A stretch of DNA of 64,000 nucleotides from Pseudomonadota bacterium (GCA_034189165.1 JAXHVN010000024.1:19818-83817), one strand, 5' to 3'; numbered from the stretch's first letter, positions 1 through 10,509 are shown. The notes: generated from the letters alone by a model not told the origin. A program made the numbers and translations.

Positions 1-548
1 GCTTCTGGTGGGCGGCGGTGACCATGACCACCGTTGGCTACGGCGACAAGGCGCCCAAGACGCTCGGCGGGCGGATCGTCGGCCTGATCTGGATGTTCGC
101 GGCGGTAATCATCACGTCGAGCTTCACCGCCGCCATCGCCACGGCGCTGACCGTCAGCAGCCTCGATCGCGGCATTCAGGGGCCGGAGGATCTGGATGGC
201 GTGCGGGTCGGTACCGTGGCCGAGTCCAGCGGTGCTGCGTGGCTGTCCGGACGCGCGATCATCCCCCGGGAATTCCCTTCGCTCGACGCCGCGCTCGAGT
301 CGCTGGCCGAGGGAGTCCTGGACGCGGTCGTCTACGATGCACCGCTGCTGCGTTATTCAGTGCGTCAGCATCACGAGCCGGCGCTCGCGGTCCTGCCGAG
401 CGACTTCGGCCGCCAGAACTACGCATTGGGCCTGCGCGAGGGGCTCGCCGAGCGGGAGTCGATCAACCAGGCGCTGTTGCGCCAGGTGAACGCGCCGGGC
501 TGGCAGGAGCGTATTGCGGATTATCTGGGAGCGGACGCCGTGCCCTGA
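1..548 (+). CDS. GluR0-type ionotropic glutamate-receptor-like K+ channel, C-terminal part (5' end outside window)
   Basis: The frame of ORF 18..548 stays open to the window edge. It has a TVGYGD K+ selectivity filter, one following TM helix, then a solute-binding-protein (type 3, S2-lobe-like) domain with no further TM. Confidence 0.7.
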   Translation, partial: FWWAAVTMTTVGYGDKAPKTLGGRIVGLIWMFAAVIITSSFTAAIATALTVSSLDRGIQGPEDLDGVRVGTVAESSGAAWLSGRAIIPREFPSLDAALESLAEGVLDAVVYDAPLLRYSVRQHHEPALAVLPSDFGRQNYALGLREGLAERESINQALLRQVNAPGWQERIADYLGADAVP

Positions 549-566
549 GCGTGCCCCCCGGCGCTG

Positions 567-1217
567 TCATCGGTGGTGCTGCTGACGGCGCCAGTAGAGC
601 ATCAGCAGGCCGCCGAACAGCATGCCGCCGAGATGGGCGAAGTGCGCCACGCCCGACAGGGTGCCGGTAACGCCGAACAGCAGTTCGAGGGCGCCATAGC
701 CGATGACGAAATACTTGGCCTTCACCGGGATCGGTGGAAACAGCAACAGCAATCGTTCTTCCGGAAAACGCATTCCGAACGCGAGCAGGATGCCGAATAC
801 GCCGCCGGACGCACCGACCGTCGGATTGATCGACAGACCCTCGGGATTGAGCAGTGGCGACAACACCAATAGCTGCGTGAGGCCGGCGCCGACGATGCAG
901 ACGAGATAGTAAACGGCGAATCGTGCCGGGCCCCAGACCTGCTCCATCCGCGTGCCGAACATCCAGATCGCGAACAGATTCAGGAAGAGATGGGTGAAGT
1001 TCGCGTGCAGGAAGGCGTAGCTGAGCAACTGCCACGGGTGGAACTGCGGCACGGCCAGCGGTCCCTGCTGCGTCAGCACGTATTCCGGCGTCCCGAGCGG
1101 CCAGAGCGCAAATTCCGCCAGCAGCGACAGCCCACCCGCCGCCTGCAGCAGATAGATCGCAATATTGGCAATGAGCAGGTTGCGGACGATAGGCGGGAAC
1201 AGGACTCGGCCGTTCAA
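567..1217 (-). CDS. Rhomboid family intramembrane serine protease
   Basis: 216 aa polytopic membrane protein with a GASGGVFG serine motif and a downstream AHLGG histidine motif. The start is TTG, so the 5' end is uncertain. Confidence 0.8.
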   Translation of the reverse strand: MNGRVLFPPIVRNLLIANIAIYLLQAAGGLSLLAEFALWPLGTPEYVLTQQGPLAVPQFHPWQLLSYAFLHANFTHLFLNLFAIWMFGTRMEQVWGPARFAVYYLVCIVGAGLTQLLVLSPLLNPEGLSINPTVGASGGVFGILLAFGMRFPEERLLLLFPPIPVKAKYFVIGYGALELLFGVTGTLSGVAHFAHLGGMLFGGLLMLYWRRQQHHR

Positions 1218-1395
1218 TATTGTGACTACCCAGAATACCTAGCGATGGCTGGGGCGTTGAGGCCATCAGCAATAAAATCGTGGTGCCAGGCCGCGATTGT
1301 ACCGCGTAGCGACTAAAGTCCAACTAAAGCCGTTGCGCCAGCGTGGGCGATAGATTATACATCCTGCGACACGATCGGCGGGTACCAGGAGTTCA

Positions 1396-4182
1396 GTGCT
1401 GGGGCACCAGCGCGGCGGCATGGAGCGAATCTTTGCGACTGCACCCGGCGTCGTTCGGCTGGAGCTCAAACCCGACGGCGTGATCGTGGGTGCCGATGGC
1501 CCCGTCGACAGGCTGTTCGCAGAGGCGCCAGAACAGCTGATCGGTCGGCCGCTGCAGACCTATCTGCCGGCGCTTGATCCGCGGGCGCTGGACGACCGCC
1601 TGGGCCTGCACGGGATGCTGCTCGTGCGGGCCGACGGCGTGCAGCGCGAGATACTCATCGCCGCCTGCCCCACGGCCGCGGGATTCACCTGTTGCCTGCA
1701 GGATGTGTCGGCGACTCGCCGCGAGCTCAGCGCGCTGCGGGCGGTCGACCGTCGCTACCGCGATCTGCTGGCCAACAATCACTACATGCTGTTCTGGCTG
1801 GATCGTTACGGCCGGATCGTGCGCCATCAGCGGGCCAATCCGCCCGTCACCGAATTCACCGACGATATCGTGCGCGGCCTCGACTTCACCCAGATGGTGC
1901 TGCCCGAGGATCGGCCGACGGCGCAACAGGCCCTGCAGCAGGCGCTGCGTGGCGAGCACGTCAATCTGGAGTTGCGGGTCTACGGTCGGGGTGGTGCGCC
2001 ACGTTGGCTGCGTGCGACCAACGTGCCGATCTATGTCGGCGGCGAGATCAGCGGCGCCTTCGGCATCGCCCGGGACATCACGGAGGAACGGGCTGCCGGC
2101 ACGGCGCTCGAGGAGCACCGGCGCCGGCTCGAGGATGCGCAGCGAATGGCGCATCTGGGGCACTGGGAGTATCGCCTGCGCGATCGGGGGGGCATGACGG
2201 TGTCGGCCGAACTGCGGCGCATCCTCGGCTGGCGCGAAGAGGGCGAGGTGAGCTTCCGGCGGCTGCGGCGCAGCGTGCATCCAGCCGATCGCCCCGGCCT
2301 GGCTGCGGCACGCCGGCAGGCGCTGCAGTCGGCGCGACCGCTGCGCTACGAGCACCGCATCGTTCGCGAGGACGGTTCGGAGCGCTGGGTGGCGCAGCGT
2401 GTGGAGCTGCTGCTCGACGGGCAGGGCGAGCGGCAGGCCATCGCGGGCGTGGTGCAGGACATCACCCGGCGCAAGCATGCGGAGAACGAGCTGCGGCTGG
2501 CGGCGAGCGCGCTGGCCAACACCGCCGAGGCCGTCGTCATCAGCGATGCCTATCACCGGATCGTGTCGGTGAACGAGGCGGCGCTGCGCATCACCGGCTA
2601 CGGCCGCGACGAGCTCATTGGCCGCAGCACCGCGATGCTGAGCGCCGATCGGCAGGAGACCGGGCGGATCCAGCAGCTGTGGGACGAGGTGGCCGCCAAC
2701 GACGTGTGGGAGGGCGAGGTTCACGGTCGGCGTCGCACCGGCGAGGTCTACCCCGCGTTGCTGAGCCTGACGGCGCTGCGCAACGAAACCGGGCGGATCA
2801 CGAACTTCGTCACCGTCTACAACGACATCTCCCAGCACAAGTCGCTGGAGGCCAGGCTCGATTACCTGTCGAACTACGATGAGCTGACCGGCCTGTCCAA
2901 CCGGGCGGCTGCCAACGAGCAGCTCGAGCATCTGCTGCGCAATGCCGAGCGTCGGGGCGATGTCGTCGGCGTGCTCGTCATCGACGTGAACGATTTCAAG
3001 AACGTCAACGATTCGCTCGGCCACAGCGTGGGCGATCAGGTCCTGCAGCAGATGGCGCAGCGCTTCCGCGCGACCGTCGACCCCAAGGACACGCTCGCCC
3101 GCCCCGGCGGGGACGAGTTCATCGTGCTCACCACCGGGGTGCGGCGCCCGGCGCAGACGGCATTGCTGGCGCAGCAGCTGCTGGAGTCGCTGGACGAGGC
3201 CTTCGAGGTGGGTGGGCAGCGGCTCTTCCTTGATGCCAGCATCGGTATCAGCTGTTATCCCGGCGACGGTCACGAGGCGACCACACTGTTCCGCAACGCC
3301 GATGCGGCCATGTATCAGGCGAAGCGGCAGAAGGCCGGTAGCTACTGCTTCTTTTCGCCGGAGATGAGTGCGCAGGCCATCTCCAACCTCGTGCTCGCCA
3401 ACGATCTGCGCAGCGGTTTGACGCAGGGCCAGTTCGTGCTGGAGTACCAGCCGATCGTGGACCTGCCCACGCGCCGGGTGACCGGGGCGGAGGCGCTGCT
3501 GCGCTGGGATCATCCCGAGCGGGGCCGCGTGATGCCGGATCAGTTCATCAGTCTCGCCGAGCAAAGCGGCTTCATCATCCCGCTCGGCTACTGGGTCTTG
3601 CGCACGGCCTGCCAGACGCTGCACGACTGGCAGCAGAAGCACCCGCACGAGTTGCGGATCTCGGTCAACCTGTCGCCGACACAGTTCCAGGATCCTTCGC
3701 TGTGCGATCGCCTGCAGGAGATCCTGGACGAGACCGGCGCGGATCCACGCCGACTGGTGATCGAGGTCACGGAAAGCGCCGTCATGACCGGCCCGGCGCG
3801 GGTGGAGCAGACCCTGCGGCGTCTGCACGAAGTCGGCATACGCGTAGCGATCGACGACTTCGGCACGGGCTACTCCTCGCTGAGCCACCTGAAGTATTTC
3901 CCGTTCGACTACCTCAAGATCGATCGCTGTTTCATCGCCGACGTCCCCACGCAGAGCGATGATGTGGCCATCGTCGAGGCCATCATCGCCATGGGCCGGC
4001 GGCTCGGCCTGCAACTGGTGGCCGAGGGCGTGGAGACGGAGGCGCAGCTGACGTTCCTGCAGGCGCGCCGGTGCCAGGAAGGGCAGGGCTATCTGTTCGC
4101 CCGGTCCCTGCCGATCGCCGACTTCGCGGCGCTGCTGCAGGCAGGGGGGCGCATCGCCGCGCCGGATGTGCAGCCGTCATGA
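1396..4182 (+). CDS. Multi-PAS diguanylate cyclase/phosphodiesterase (PAS-PAS-PAS-GGDEF-EAL)
   Basis: 928 aa with repeated PAS/PAC-like segments, the GGDEF motif (RPGGDEFIVL), and EAL domain motifs (EALLRW, DDFGTGYSSL). GTG at 1396; an alternative ATG lies at 1420. Confidence 0.9.
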   Translation: MLGHQRGGMERIFATAPGVVRLELKPDGVIVGADGPVDRLFAEAPEQLIGRPLQTYLPALDPRALDDRLGLHGMLLVRADGVQREILIAACPTAAGFTCCLQDVSATRRELSALRAVDRRYRDLLANNHYMLFWLDRYGRIVRHQRANPPVTEFTDDIVRGLDFTQMVLPEDRPTAQQALQQALRGEHVNLELRVYGRGGAPRWLRATNVPIYVGGEISGAFGIARDITEERAAGTALEEHRRRLEDAQRMAHLGHWEYRLRDRGGMTVSAELRRILGWREEGEVSFRRLRRSVHPADRPGLAAARRQALQSARPLRYEHRIVREDGSERWVAQRVELLLDGQGERQAIAGVVQDITRRKHAENELRLAASALANTAEAVVISDAYHRIVSVNEAALRITGYGRDELIGRSTAMLSADRQETGRIQQLWDEVAANDVWEGEVHGRRRTGEVYPALLSLTALRNETGRITNFVTVYNDISQHKSLEARLDYLSNYDELTGLSNRAAANEQLEHLLRNAERRGDVVGVLVIDVNDFKNVNDSLGHSVGDQVLQQMAQRFRATVDPKDTLARPGGDEFIVLTTGVRRPAQTALLAQQLLESLDEAFEVGGQRLFLDASIGISCYPGDGHEATTLFRNADAAMYQAKRQKAGSYCFFSPEMSAQAISNLVLANDLRSGLTQGQFVLEYQPIVDLPTRRVTGAEALLRWDHPERGRVMPDQFISLAEQSGFIIPLGYWVLRTACQTLHDWQQKHPHELRISVNLSPTQFQDPSLCDRLQEILDETGADPRRLVIEVTESAVMTGPARVEQTLRRLHEVGIRVAIDDFGTGYSSLSHLKYFPFDYLKIDRCFIADVPTQSDDVAIVEAIIAMGRRLGLQLVAEGVETEAQLTFLQARRCQEGQGYLFARSLPIADFAALLQAGGRIAAPDVQPS

Positions 4183-4194
4183 GCCGGCATTGCC

Positions 4195-4731
4195 TCAGGG
4201 GTTGAGGCTGCGCCAGATCTCCTCGTGGAGGCGGCGGACGGCCTCGCTGGCCAGCACGAAGCGGATGCACTGAATCGAGTGCAACTGCGGCATCGAGGCT
4301 GCGATGCTGCCGAGCGCGATTTCCGTGGCGGCCTCGACGGGATAGCCGAAAGCGCCGGTCGACAGCGCCGGGAAGGCGATCGAGCCCAGTCCCTCCGCCT
4401 CGGCCAGTCGCAGCGCCTCGCGGTAGCATTGCGCAAGCAAATGGGCCGCCGGGCGGTCTCTTCCATAGACGGGGCCAAGACAGTGGATCACGCGCCGATT
4501 CGGCAGGCCGAAGGCATCGGTGATCACCGCCTGCCCCGGCGCCAGCGGGGCGTGCGGTCGGCAGGCGGCGGCCAGCGCCGGTCCGGCCACCCGATGCAGG
4601 GCGCCGGCCACGCCGCCGCCCGGACCCAGCGCGGCATTGGCGGCGTTGACCACCGCATCCATGTCCGGCTGGGCAGCGATGTCGCCGCGGACGAACTCCA
4701 CTCGCCCCGTGCCGGTCTGATTCCGATTCAT
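4195..4731 (-). CDS. Macro domain protein (O-acetyl-ADP-ribose deacetylase / YmdB-like)
   Basis: 178 aa. VVNAANAAL...GGGVAGA and [13 protein letters not shown] are typical macro-domain motifs. Confidence 0.8.
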   Translation of the reverse strand: MNRNQTGTGRVEFVRGDIAAQPDMDAVVNAANAALGPGGGVAGALHRVAGPALAAACRPHAPLAPGQAVITDAFGLPNRRVIHCLGPVYGRDRPAAHLLAQCYREALRLAEAEGLGSIAFPALSTGAFGYPVEAATEIALGSIAASMPQLHSIQCIRFVLASEAVRRLHEEIWRSLNP

Positions 4732-4752
4732 GCAGTTACGGTCGAAAGCGTC

Positions 4753-5715
4753 ATGTTGATCCGAACCCGCGATACGTCCGCCCCGGCGGCCAGTGAGATC
4801 ACGCCCGAGCCCATCTACCGGGACCGGCGGCGCTTCCTGCGTCAGGCCGGTCAGTTCGCGGTGGCCGGCGCCGCGGCGGGCTGGCTGCGCACCGTACCGG
4901 CCGGCGTGACCGACGTGCTGGATCTAGAGAGTGCGCCGCGGCGGGCGAAGTTCAGCACCGATGAGCCGCTGACGGCGGAGGATTCGGTCACCACCTACAA
5001 CAACTTCTACGAATTCGGCACCGGCAAGACCGACCCGGCGCAGTACGCCGACGCGCTGGTGACCGAGCCGTGGTCGGTGACCGTGGCCGGCGCCTGCGAG
5101 AAGCCCGGCACCTACGCCTTGGAGGATGTGCTGCGCGGACTGGCGCCGGAGGAGCGGATCTACCGGCTGCGCTGCGTCGAGGGCTGGTCGATGGTCATCC
5201 CCTGGCTCGGCGTGCCGCTAGCCGCGCTGCTCAAGCGCTATCAGCCCACCTCGGCTGCCCGCTACGTCGCCTTCCAGACGCTGTATGACCCTGACCAGAT
5301 GCGTGGCCAGCGCCGGTCGGTGCTGGAGTGGCCCTACCGGGAGGGCCTGCGCATGGACGAAGCCATGCATCCGTTGACGATCATGGCCGTGGGCCTCTAC
5401 GGCAAGCCGCTGCCGAACCAGAATGGGGCGCCGCTGCGGCTCGTCGTGCCGTGGAAATACGGCTTCAAGAGCATCAAGTCGATCGTGCGCATTGAGTTCA
5501 CCGAGACCGAGCCGCCGACCACCTGGAACATGATGGCGCCGCGCGAATACGGCTTCTATGCCAACGTCAATCCGCAGGTCGATCACCCGCGGTGGAGCCA
5601 GTCGCGGGAGCGACGCATCGGCAAGCTGTTCCGGCAGGACACCCTGATGTTCAACGGTTATGGCGAGCAGGTGGCCAGCCTCTACCGCGGCCTCGACCTG
5701 CGCCGAAACTACTGA
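4753..5715 (+). CDS. msrP: Protein-methionine-sulfoxide reductase catalytic subunit MsrP (YedY)
   Basis: Twin-arginine signal ([11 protein letters not shown]). Strong collinear similarity to E. coli MsrP ([52 protein letters not shown]). I chose the internal ATG at 4753 of the longer ORF 4225..5715. Confidence 0.9.
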   Translation: MLIRTRDTSAPAASEITPEPIYRDRRRFLRQAGQFAVAGAAAGWLRTVPAGVTDVLDLESAPRRAKFSTDEPLTAEDSVTTYNNFYEFGTGKTDPAQYADALVTEPWSVTVAGACEKPGTYALEDVLRGLAPEERIYRLRCVEGWSMVIPWLGVPLAALLKRYQPTSAARYVAFQTLYDPDQMRGQRRSVLEWPYREGLRMDEAMHPLTIMAVGLYGKPLPNQNGAPLRLVVPWKYGFKSIKSIVRIEFTETEPPTTWNMMAPREYGFYANVNPQVDHPRWSQSRERRIGKLFRQDTLMFNGYGEQVASLYRGLDLRRNY

Positions 5716-5723
5716 GCCGCCTC

Positions 5724-6338
5724 GTGGACGATCGCCTGTTGCGCTACGGCCTCAAGCCGGTGGTGTTCATGCTGCTGCTGCTGCCGGCGGCACTGCTCCT
5801 CGCCGGCCTGCTCCGCGGCACGCTCGGCGCCGATCCTGTCGCGACCCTGCTCTGGCAGACCGGTCTATGGGCGCTGCGATTGCTGCTGGCCTCGCTTGCC
5901 GTGACGCCGCTGCAGCGGCTAACCGGCTGGCGCTGGCCGATCCGCTGGCGCCGCCAGCTCGGCCTGTTCGCGTTCTTCTACGCCTGCCTGCATCTGGCCG
6001 TGTATGCCGTGTTCGATCGCTCGCTCGATCTGGCTGCAGTATGGGAGGACATCGTCGAGCGACCGTTCATCACCGTCGGCGCGCTCGCCTTCCTGCTGCT
6101 GGTGCCGCTGGCGGCGACCTCCACCCGAGGCGCTGTGCGCCGGTTGGGGCCGCGGTGGCAGCAGTTGCATCGGCTGGTGTATCTGGCCGCCGGCCTGGCC
6201 GTGCTGCACTACCTGTGGCTGGTGAAGGCCGATCTGCGGCCGCCGCTGATCTATGCGGGAATCCTGGCCGTGCTGCTGCTGTTGCGCCTGCCCTTGCCGC
6301 TGCCGTGGCGGCGCCGGCTCGGCCCGGCTAGCGGCTGA
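5724..6338 (+). CDS. msrQ: Protein-methionine-sulfoxide reductase heme-binding subunit MsrQ (YedZ)
   Basis: Polytopic membrane protein immediately downstream of msrP, with conserved His residues in TM helices (ACLHLAVY, VLHYLW). The GTG start at 5724 is inferred and the 5' end is uncertain. Confidence 0.75.
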   Translation: MDDRLLRYGLKPVVFMLLLLPAALLLAGLLRGTLGADPVATLLWQTGLWALRLLLASLAVTPLQRLTGWRWPIRWRRQLGLFAFFYACLHLAVYAVFDRSLDLAAVWEDIVERPFITVGALAFLLLVPLAATSTRGAVRRLGPRWQQLHRLVYLAAGLAVLHYLWLVKADLRPPLIYAGILAVLLLLRLPLPLPWRRRLGPASG

Positions 6339-7737
6339 GGCGGTAGCAGGGGCTGTAGCTCTGGCCGGGCAGGCGCATGCGCTGTTCGGCGACGAAGCCG
6401 GTGAGCAGCTCGTCGAGCGCTGCCATCAGCGCCGGCTCGCCCTGCATCTCGAAGGGCCCGTGCGCCTCGATGGCGCGCAACCCGGCATCTTTCACGTTGC
6501 CGGCGACGATGCCGGAGAACGCCCGCCGCAGGTTGGCCGCCAGCTGGTGCAGTGGCTGGTCCCGGTGCAATGCCAGCGCCGCCATGGTCTCGTGCGTCGG
6601 CTCGAAGGGCTGCTGGAACTCCGGTTCGATCTGCAGCAGCCAGTTGAAGTGGAAGGCATCGCGCCGGGCGATGCGGAACTTGCGTACCGCATCCACACCG
6701 TTGGCCATCGCGCGGGCGACGGCTGCCGGGTCATCGACGATGATCTGATACTGCGCCTGTGCCTCGGCGCCGAGCGTCAGGCCGATGAACCGGTCCAGCC
6801 GCCGGAAGTAGTCGGCGCTGTCGGCCGGGCCGGTGAGTACCAGCGGGAAGGGCATCTCGGCGTTGGCCGGGTTCAGCCGCAGGCCGAGCAGGAACAGCAG
6901 CTCTTCCATCGTGCCCACGCCGCCCGGGAAGACGATCAGGCCGTGGCTGAGCCGGACGAACGCTTCCAGGCGCTTTTCCATGTCCGGCATGATCACCAGC
7001 CGGTTGACGATCGGATTCGGCGGCTCGGCGGCAATGATGCCCGGCTCGCTGATGCCGATATAGCGGCCGTTGCGACGGCGCTGCTTGGCGTGGCCGATGG
7101 TGGCGCCCTTCATCGGCCCCTTCATCGCGCCCGGGCCGCAGCCGGTACAGACATCGAGCTCCCGCAGGCCGAGCTGGTGGCCGACCTCCTTGGAATAGTC
7201 GTATTCGTGCCGTGCGATGGCGTGGCCGCCCCAGCACACCACCAGGTTCGGCGTTTGCCCCGCCTCCAGCAGCTCGGCGTTGCGCAGAATGTGGAAGACG
7301 GCGTTGGTGATGCCGCTGCCGGTGTCGAGGTCGTACTTCGGATTGCGCTGCACCTCGTTGCCGACGTAGACGATGTCGCGCAGCACGGCGGAGAGGTGAT
7401 CGCGAATGCCGGCGATGATCCGCCCGTCGACGAAGGCCGTGGCCGGCGCATTGCGCAGCTGCAGGCGAATGCCACGCTCGGCCGTGAGCACCTCGATGTC
7501 GAAGTCGGCGTGCTGCGCGAGCACGTGCCGGCTGTCGTCACTGGTGGAGCCGGTGGTCAGCACCGCCAGGGCGCAGCGTCGCAGCAGCTCGTGCATGCCG
7601 CCGCGGGCGGTTCGATCCAGGCTGCGCACCTCGTCGCGCGAGAGCAGTTCGAGATGGCCGCTGGGCGTGAGCGTCGCATCCAGCGTGGCGCCGGGGGATG
7701 GCGAAAGACCGGTGGGGCGGGCTGCGGGTGCGGACAT
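6328..7737 (-). CDS. ppnN: Nucleotide 5'-monophosphate nucleosidase PpnN (YgdH, LOG family)
   Basis: 469 aa from the internal ATG at 7737. It has the LOG motif FPGGVGTMEEL and YgdH-like N- and C-terminal extensions. Confidence 0.75.
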   Translation of the reverse strand: MSAPAARPTGLSPSPGATLDATLTPSGHLELLSRDEVRSLDRTARGGMHELLRRCALAVLTTGSTSDDSRHVLAQHADFDIEVLTAERGIRLQLRNAPATAFVDGRIIAGIRDHLSAVLRDIVYVGNEVQRNPKYDLDTGSGITNAVFHILRNAELLEAGQTPNLVVCWGGHAIARHEYDYSKEVGHQLGLRELDVCTGCGPGAMKGPMKGATIGHAKQRRRNGRYIGISEPGIIAAEPPNPIVNRLVIMPDMEKRLEAFVRLSHGLIVFPGGVGTMEELLFLLGLRLNPANAEMPFPLVLTGPADSADYFRRLDRFIGLTLGAEAQAQYQIIVDDPAAVARAMANGVDAVRKFRIARRDAFHFNWLLQIEPEFQQPFEPTHETMAALALHRDQPLHQLAANLRRAFSGIVAGNVKDAGLRAIEAHGPFEMQGEPALMAALDELLTGFVAEQRMRLPGQSYSPCYRLSR

Positions 7738-7888
7738 AGGCGCGAGGGTGAACAGGGGAAGCCGACTAGTGTAGCGGAGCGCGCGCCACCGCGTCGTCTT
7801 GCTGCGCCAGCCACCGCAGGTTATTGTCCGTTCTGGAAAACTTCTGCTGCCGGCCCTTTCACGGGCAGGGCGCTCGTCGGACTCTCCC

Positions 7889-8509
7889 GTGGAAGAAACC
7901 ACCGTCATCAAGGCCTACGATCGTCTTGCCCGCGGCTACGATCATCTGTTCGGCCCGATCTTCAATCCCGGCCGGCGGCGCATCATCGAGCGCATGGGCT
8001 GCCAGGGCGGCGAGCGTGTGCTGGAGGTCGGTGTGGGCACGGGGCTATCGCTGCCCTACTACCCGCAGGACACTGCGGTGGTCGGCATCGATGTGTCCGA
8101 CAAGATGCTCGCCGTGGCGCGCGAGCGCGTCGCCCGACAGGGCCTGGACAACGTCGCGCTGCATCGCATGGATGCGCAGGCCATGGCGTTCGAGGACGAC
8201 AGCTTCGATACGGTCGTGGCGATGTACGTCGCCTCGGTGGTGCCCGACGATGCCCGCATGAGCGCGGAGATGCGCCGCGTCTGCCGGCCGGGGGGTGACC
8301 TCTTCGTGGTCAACCACTTCACTCACCACAACCGCCATGTGCGGCGACTGGAACGGCTGGTGACGCGGGCCACGCCCTTCCTCGGCTTCGATGCCGATTT
8401 CCCGCTCGAACCGTTCCTGCAGCGGGCGGGCTTTCGGGTGCTGACGATCGAGCCGGTGAACCTCGGTGGCTATTGGTCGCTGATCCACGCCCGCAACGAG
8501 GCCGCCTGA
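7889..8509 (+). CDS. Class I SAM-dependent methyltransferase
   Basis: SAM-binding motif VLEVGVGTGL and acidic loop VVGIDVS; about 206 aa. The start is uncertain: TTG at 7799 opens the ORF, and GTG at 7889 gives a typical length. Confidence 0.7.
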   Translation: MEETTVIKAYDRLARGYDHLFGPIFNPGRRRIIERMGCQGGERVLEVGVGTGLSLPYYPQDTAVVGIDVSDKMLAVARERVARQGLDNVALHRMDAQAMAFEDDSFDTVVAMYVASVVPDDARMSAEMRRVCRPGGDLFVVNHFTHHNRHVRRLERLVTRATPFLGFDADFPLEPFLQRAGFRVLTIEPVNLGGYWSLIHARNEAA

Positions 8510-8543
8510 ACCGCACGCGGGACGCGGGCCGGCGGAGTCTGAG

Positions 8544-10223
8544 GTGATTCCGGCGTGGTGGTTGGCGCTGCTGGGCGGCGTCGTGTTCTGGGCCGGCTGG
8601 CACTGGTATTCGCGTTACCTGGCGGTGCGTGTCTTTCGCCTGGATGCCGCGCTGGCGACCCCGGCGCACCGCTATCGAGACGATCTCGACTTCCTGCCGA
8701 CCCATCGTTTCGTGCTCTGGGGTCATCACTTCACCTCGGTCGCCGGGGCCGCGCCGATCATCGGGCCGGCGATCGCCATCATCTGGGGCTGGCTGCCGGC
8801 CTTTCTGTGGATCCTGTTCGGGACCGTGTTCATCGCCGGCATCCATGACTTCGGCACGCTGTGGGCCTCGGTGCGTCACGAAGGCCGGTCCATGGGCGCG
8901 CTGACGCGCCAGGCGGTCGGCCCGCGCGCCCGCACGCTGTTCCTGTTCATCATCTTCTTCCTGCTGCTGATGGTGAACGCCGTGTTCGCGGTGGCGATCG
9001 CCACCCTGTTCATCAGGTTTCCCGCCGCGGTGCTGCCCTACTGGCTGCAGATCCCCATCGCTATCGCCATCGGCGTGCTGGTGTATCGCCGTGGCGTGGC
9101 CGTGCTGCCGCTGGCACTGCTGGGCCTGGCGCTGTTGCTGGGTCTGATCGGCGTTGGTGTGTGGCTGCCGGTGGCGCTGCCGAGTGCGGGGCTGGGCGTG
9201 CCGGCAAGTGCCTGGTGGGTGCTCCTGATGCTGGCGTACGGCGCGATTGCCTCGCGTCTGCCGGTCTGGCTGCTGCTGCAGCCGCGGGATTTTCTCAACG
9301 CGCACATGCTCTTTGCCGTGCTGGCGCTTTTGTACCTCGGTATCTTCATCAGTGGCGCGACGGTGGCGGCGCCGGCGCTGAACACGCCGCCGGCCGGTAC
9401 GCCCCCCCTGTGGCCGCTGCTGTTCGTCACCGTTGCCTGTGGCGCGATCAGCGGCTTTCACGGCCTGGTCAGCTCCGGCACGTCGTCCAAGCAGCTGGAC
9501 CGGGAGACCGATGCCCGTTTCGTCGGCTATCTCGGCGCCACGGGCGAGGGTCTGCTGGCGCTGGCAGCCCTGCTGGCGACCGCCGCGGGGCTGGGTGGGC
9601 TCGACGCCTGGCAGGGGCACTACGACAGCTGGGCGCAGGTGAGCAGCGGCGGCATCGCAGCCTTCGTCACCGGCGCCGGCAATCTCCTGAGTGCGCTGGG
9701 ATTGCCGCCGGTCGTCGGCACCACGGCGGTGGCCATCATGGTAGTGGCCTTCGCAGCCACCACGCTCGACACCTCGATGCGCCTGCAGCGCTTCATCCTC
9801 GCCGAAATCGGCGCGGAATACCGGTTGCCGGCGCTGCAGAATGCCAATCTCGCCACGGTCGTGACCTTCGTGTCCTGCGCCGCGCTCGCGTTCCTGGCCG
9901 ACCCCGCCAATCCCGGCGGCGGCGGCATGGTGCTCTGGCCGCTGTTCGGCACCACCAACCAGCTCACTGCCGGCCTCTCGTTGCTGGTGCTGACGCTGCT
10001 GCTCCGTCAGCTGGGACGCAATTACCTGCTCACGCTGGTCCCGTTCGTCTTCGTCGCCACGATCACCGCCTGGAGCATGTGCCTGAACGTGCTCGGCTTC
10101 GTGGCGGCCGGCAATGGCCTGCTGGTCGTGATTGGCGTGCTGATCCTCATCCTCAATCTCTGGCTGCTGGCCGAGGGGCTGATCGCCCTGCGACAGCAGC
10201 CGGCGGCGCCGGTGCGGGGGTAG
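8544..10223 (+). CDS. cstA: Carbon starvation protein CstA family transporter
   Basis: 559 aa polytopic protein with a CstA-like N-terminus (FVLWGHHFTSVAGAAPIIGPAIA, AGIHDFG). GTG start preceded by GGAG. Confidence 0.85.
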   Translation: MIPAWWLALLGGVVFWAGWHWYSRYLAVRVFRLDAALATPAHRYRDDLDFLPTHRFVLWGHHFTSVAGAAPIIGPAIAIIWGWLPAFLWILFGTVFIAGIHDFGTLWASVRHEGRSMGALTRQAVGPRARTLFLFIIFFLLLMVNAVFAVAIATLFIRFPAAVLPYWLQIPIAIAIGVLVYRRGVAVLPLALLGLALLLGLIGVGVWLPVALPSAGLGVPASAWWVLLMLAYGAIASRLPVWLLLQPRDFLNAHMLFAVLALLYLGIFISGATVAAPALNTPPAGTPPLWPLLFVTVACGAISGFHGLVSSGTSSKQLDRETDARFVGYLGATGEGLLALAALLATAAGLGGLDAWQGHYDSWAQVSSGGIAAFVTGAGNLLSALGLPPVVGTTAVAIMVVAFAATTLDTSMRLQRFILAEIGAEYRLPALQNANLATVVTFVSCAALAFLADPANPGGGGMVLWPLFGTTNQLTAGLSLLVLTLLLRQLGRNYLLTLVPFVFVATITAWSMCLNVLGFVAAGNGLLVVIGVLILILNLWLLAEGLIALRQQPAAPVRG

Positions 10224-10227
10224 TCCG

Positions 10228-10509
10228 GTGCGCCGGCCCAGGGCTTGGGCGCCAGCCCGGTGGCTGGCCGGCCTCGCCCGTGCCTACTCACGTTTCTATG
10301 GCCACTCAGCGGCGGCGCATCAGGCTCGTCAGCGCCAGCAGGAGGAGGATTTCCTTCGCGTGCTGCTCATCGGTCAGGCGCTGGGGATTCCCGATCCGGC
10401 CGCGTTCTACTGCCTCGAGTTGATGCCCTACCTGCTCGAGGACTATCACGCCTGGCATCGCCGGGTCGGCCTCGAGCGTGCCCCGCCCGACGGGTTCCGG
10501 TGCTGTTGA
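10228..10509 (+). CDS. Small CstA-associated protein ending in Cys-Cys (YbdD/YjiX-like), tentative
   Basis: Starts at GTG 5 nt after the cstA stop and ends ...DGFRCC-stop, like the small proteins encoded downstream of E. coli cstA/yjiY. It has an LIG..GIPD segment. The N-terminal extent is uncertain. Confidence 0.5.
   Translation: MRRPRAWAPARWLAGLARAYSRFYGHSAAAHQARQRQQEEDFLRVLLIGQALGIPDPAAFYCLELMPYLLEDYHAWHRRVGLERAPPDGFRCC

Noticed and set aside
1393-4014. An 873-aa minus-strand ORF antisense to the PAS-GGDEF-EAL gene. Similar giant antisense ORFs occur at 6253..8298, 29172..31496, 39959..43189 and 52027..55206.
   Set aside because: These are typical shadow ORFs of very GC-rich DNA. They are Arg/Ala/Gly/Pro/His-rich low-complexity translations with no motifs, and each overlaps a gene with clear family signatures on the other strand.
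6328-6338. Convergent 3' gene overlaps: msrQ/ppnN here, DUF2237/czcA at 29262..29272, and TetR/acrB at 39785..39788.
   Set aside because: Short convergent overlaps are common in compact, GC-rich genomes, and I see no associated structure suggesting a special mechanism.
8319-9620. A 433-aa minus-strand ORF rich in Arg, Gln, His and Asp.
   Set aside because: It is antisense to the clearly recognisable cstA gene and has a low-complexity composition.
10245-10499. An upstream extension of the ArsA-like ORF (395-aa version), overlapping the small CC-tail ORF in another frame.
   Set aside because: The extension is Arg/Pro/Gly-rich with no similarity to ArsA N-termini. The P-loop begins about 10 residues after the GTG at 10500, which is the normal spacing.
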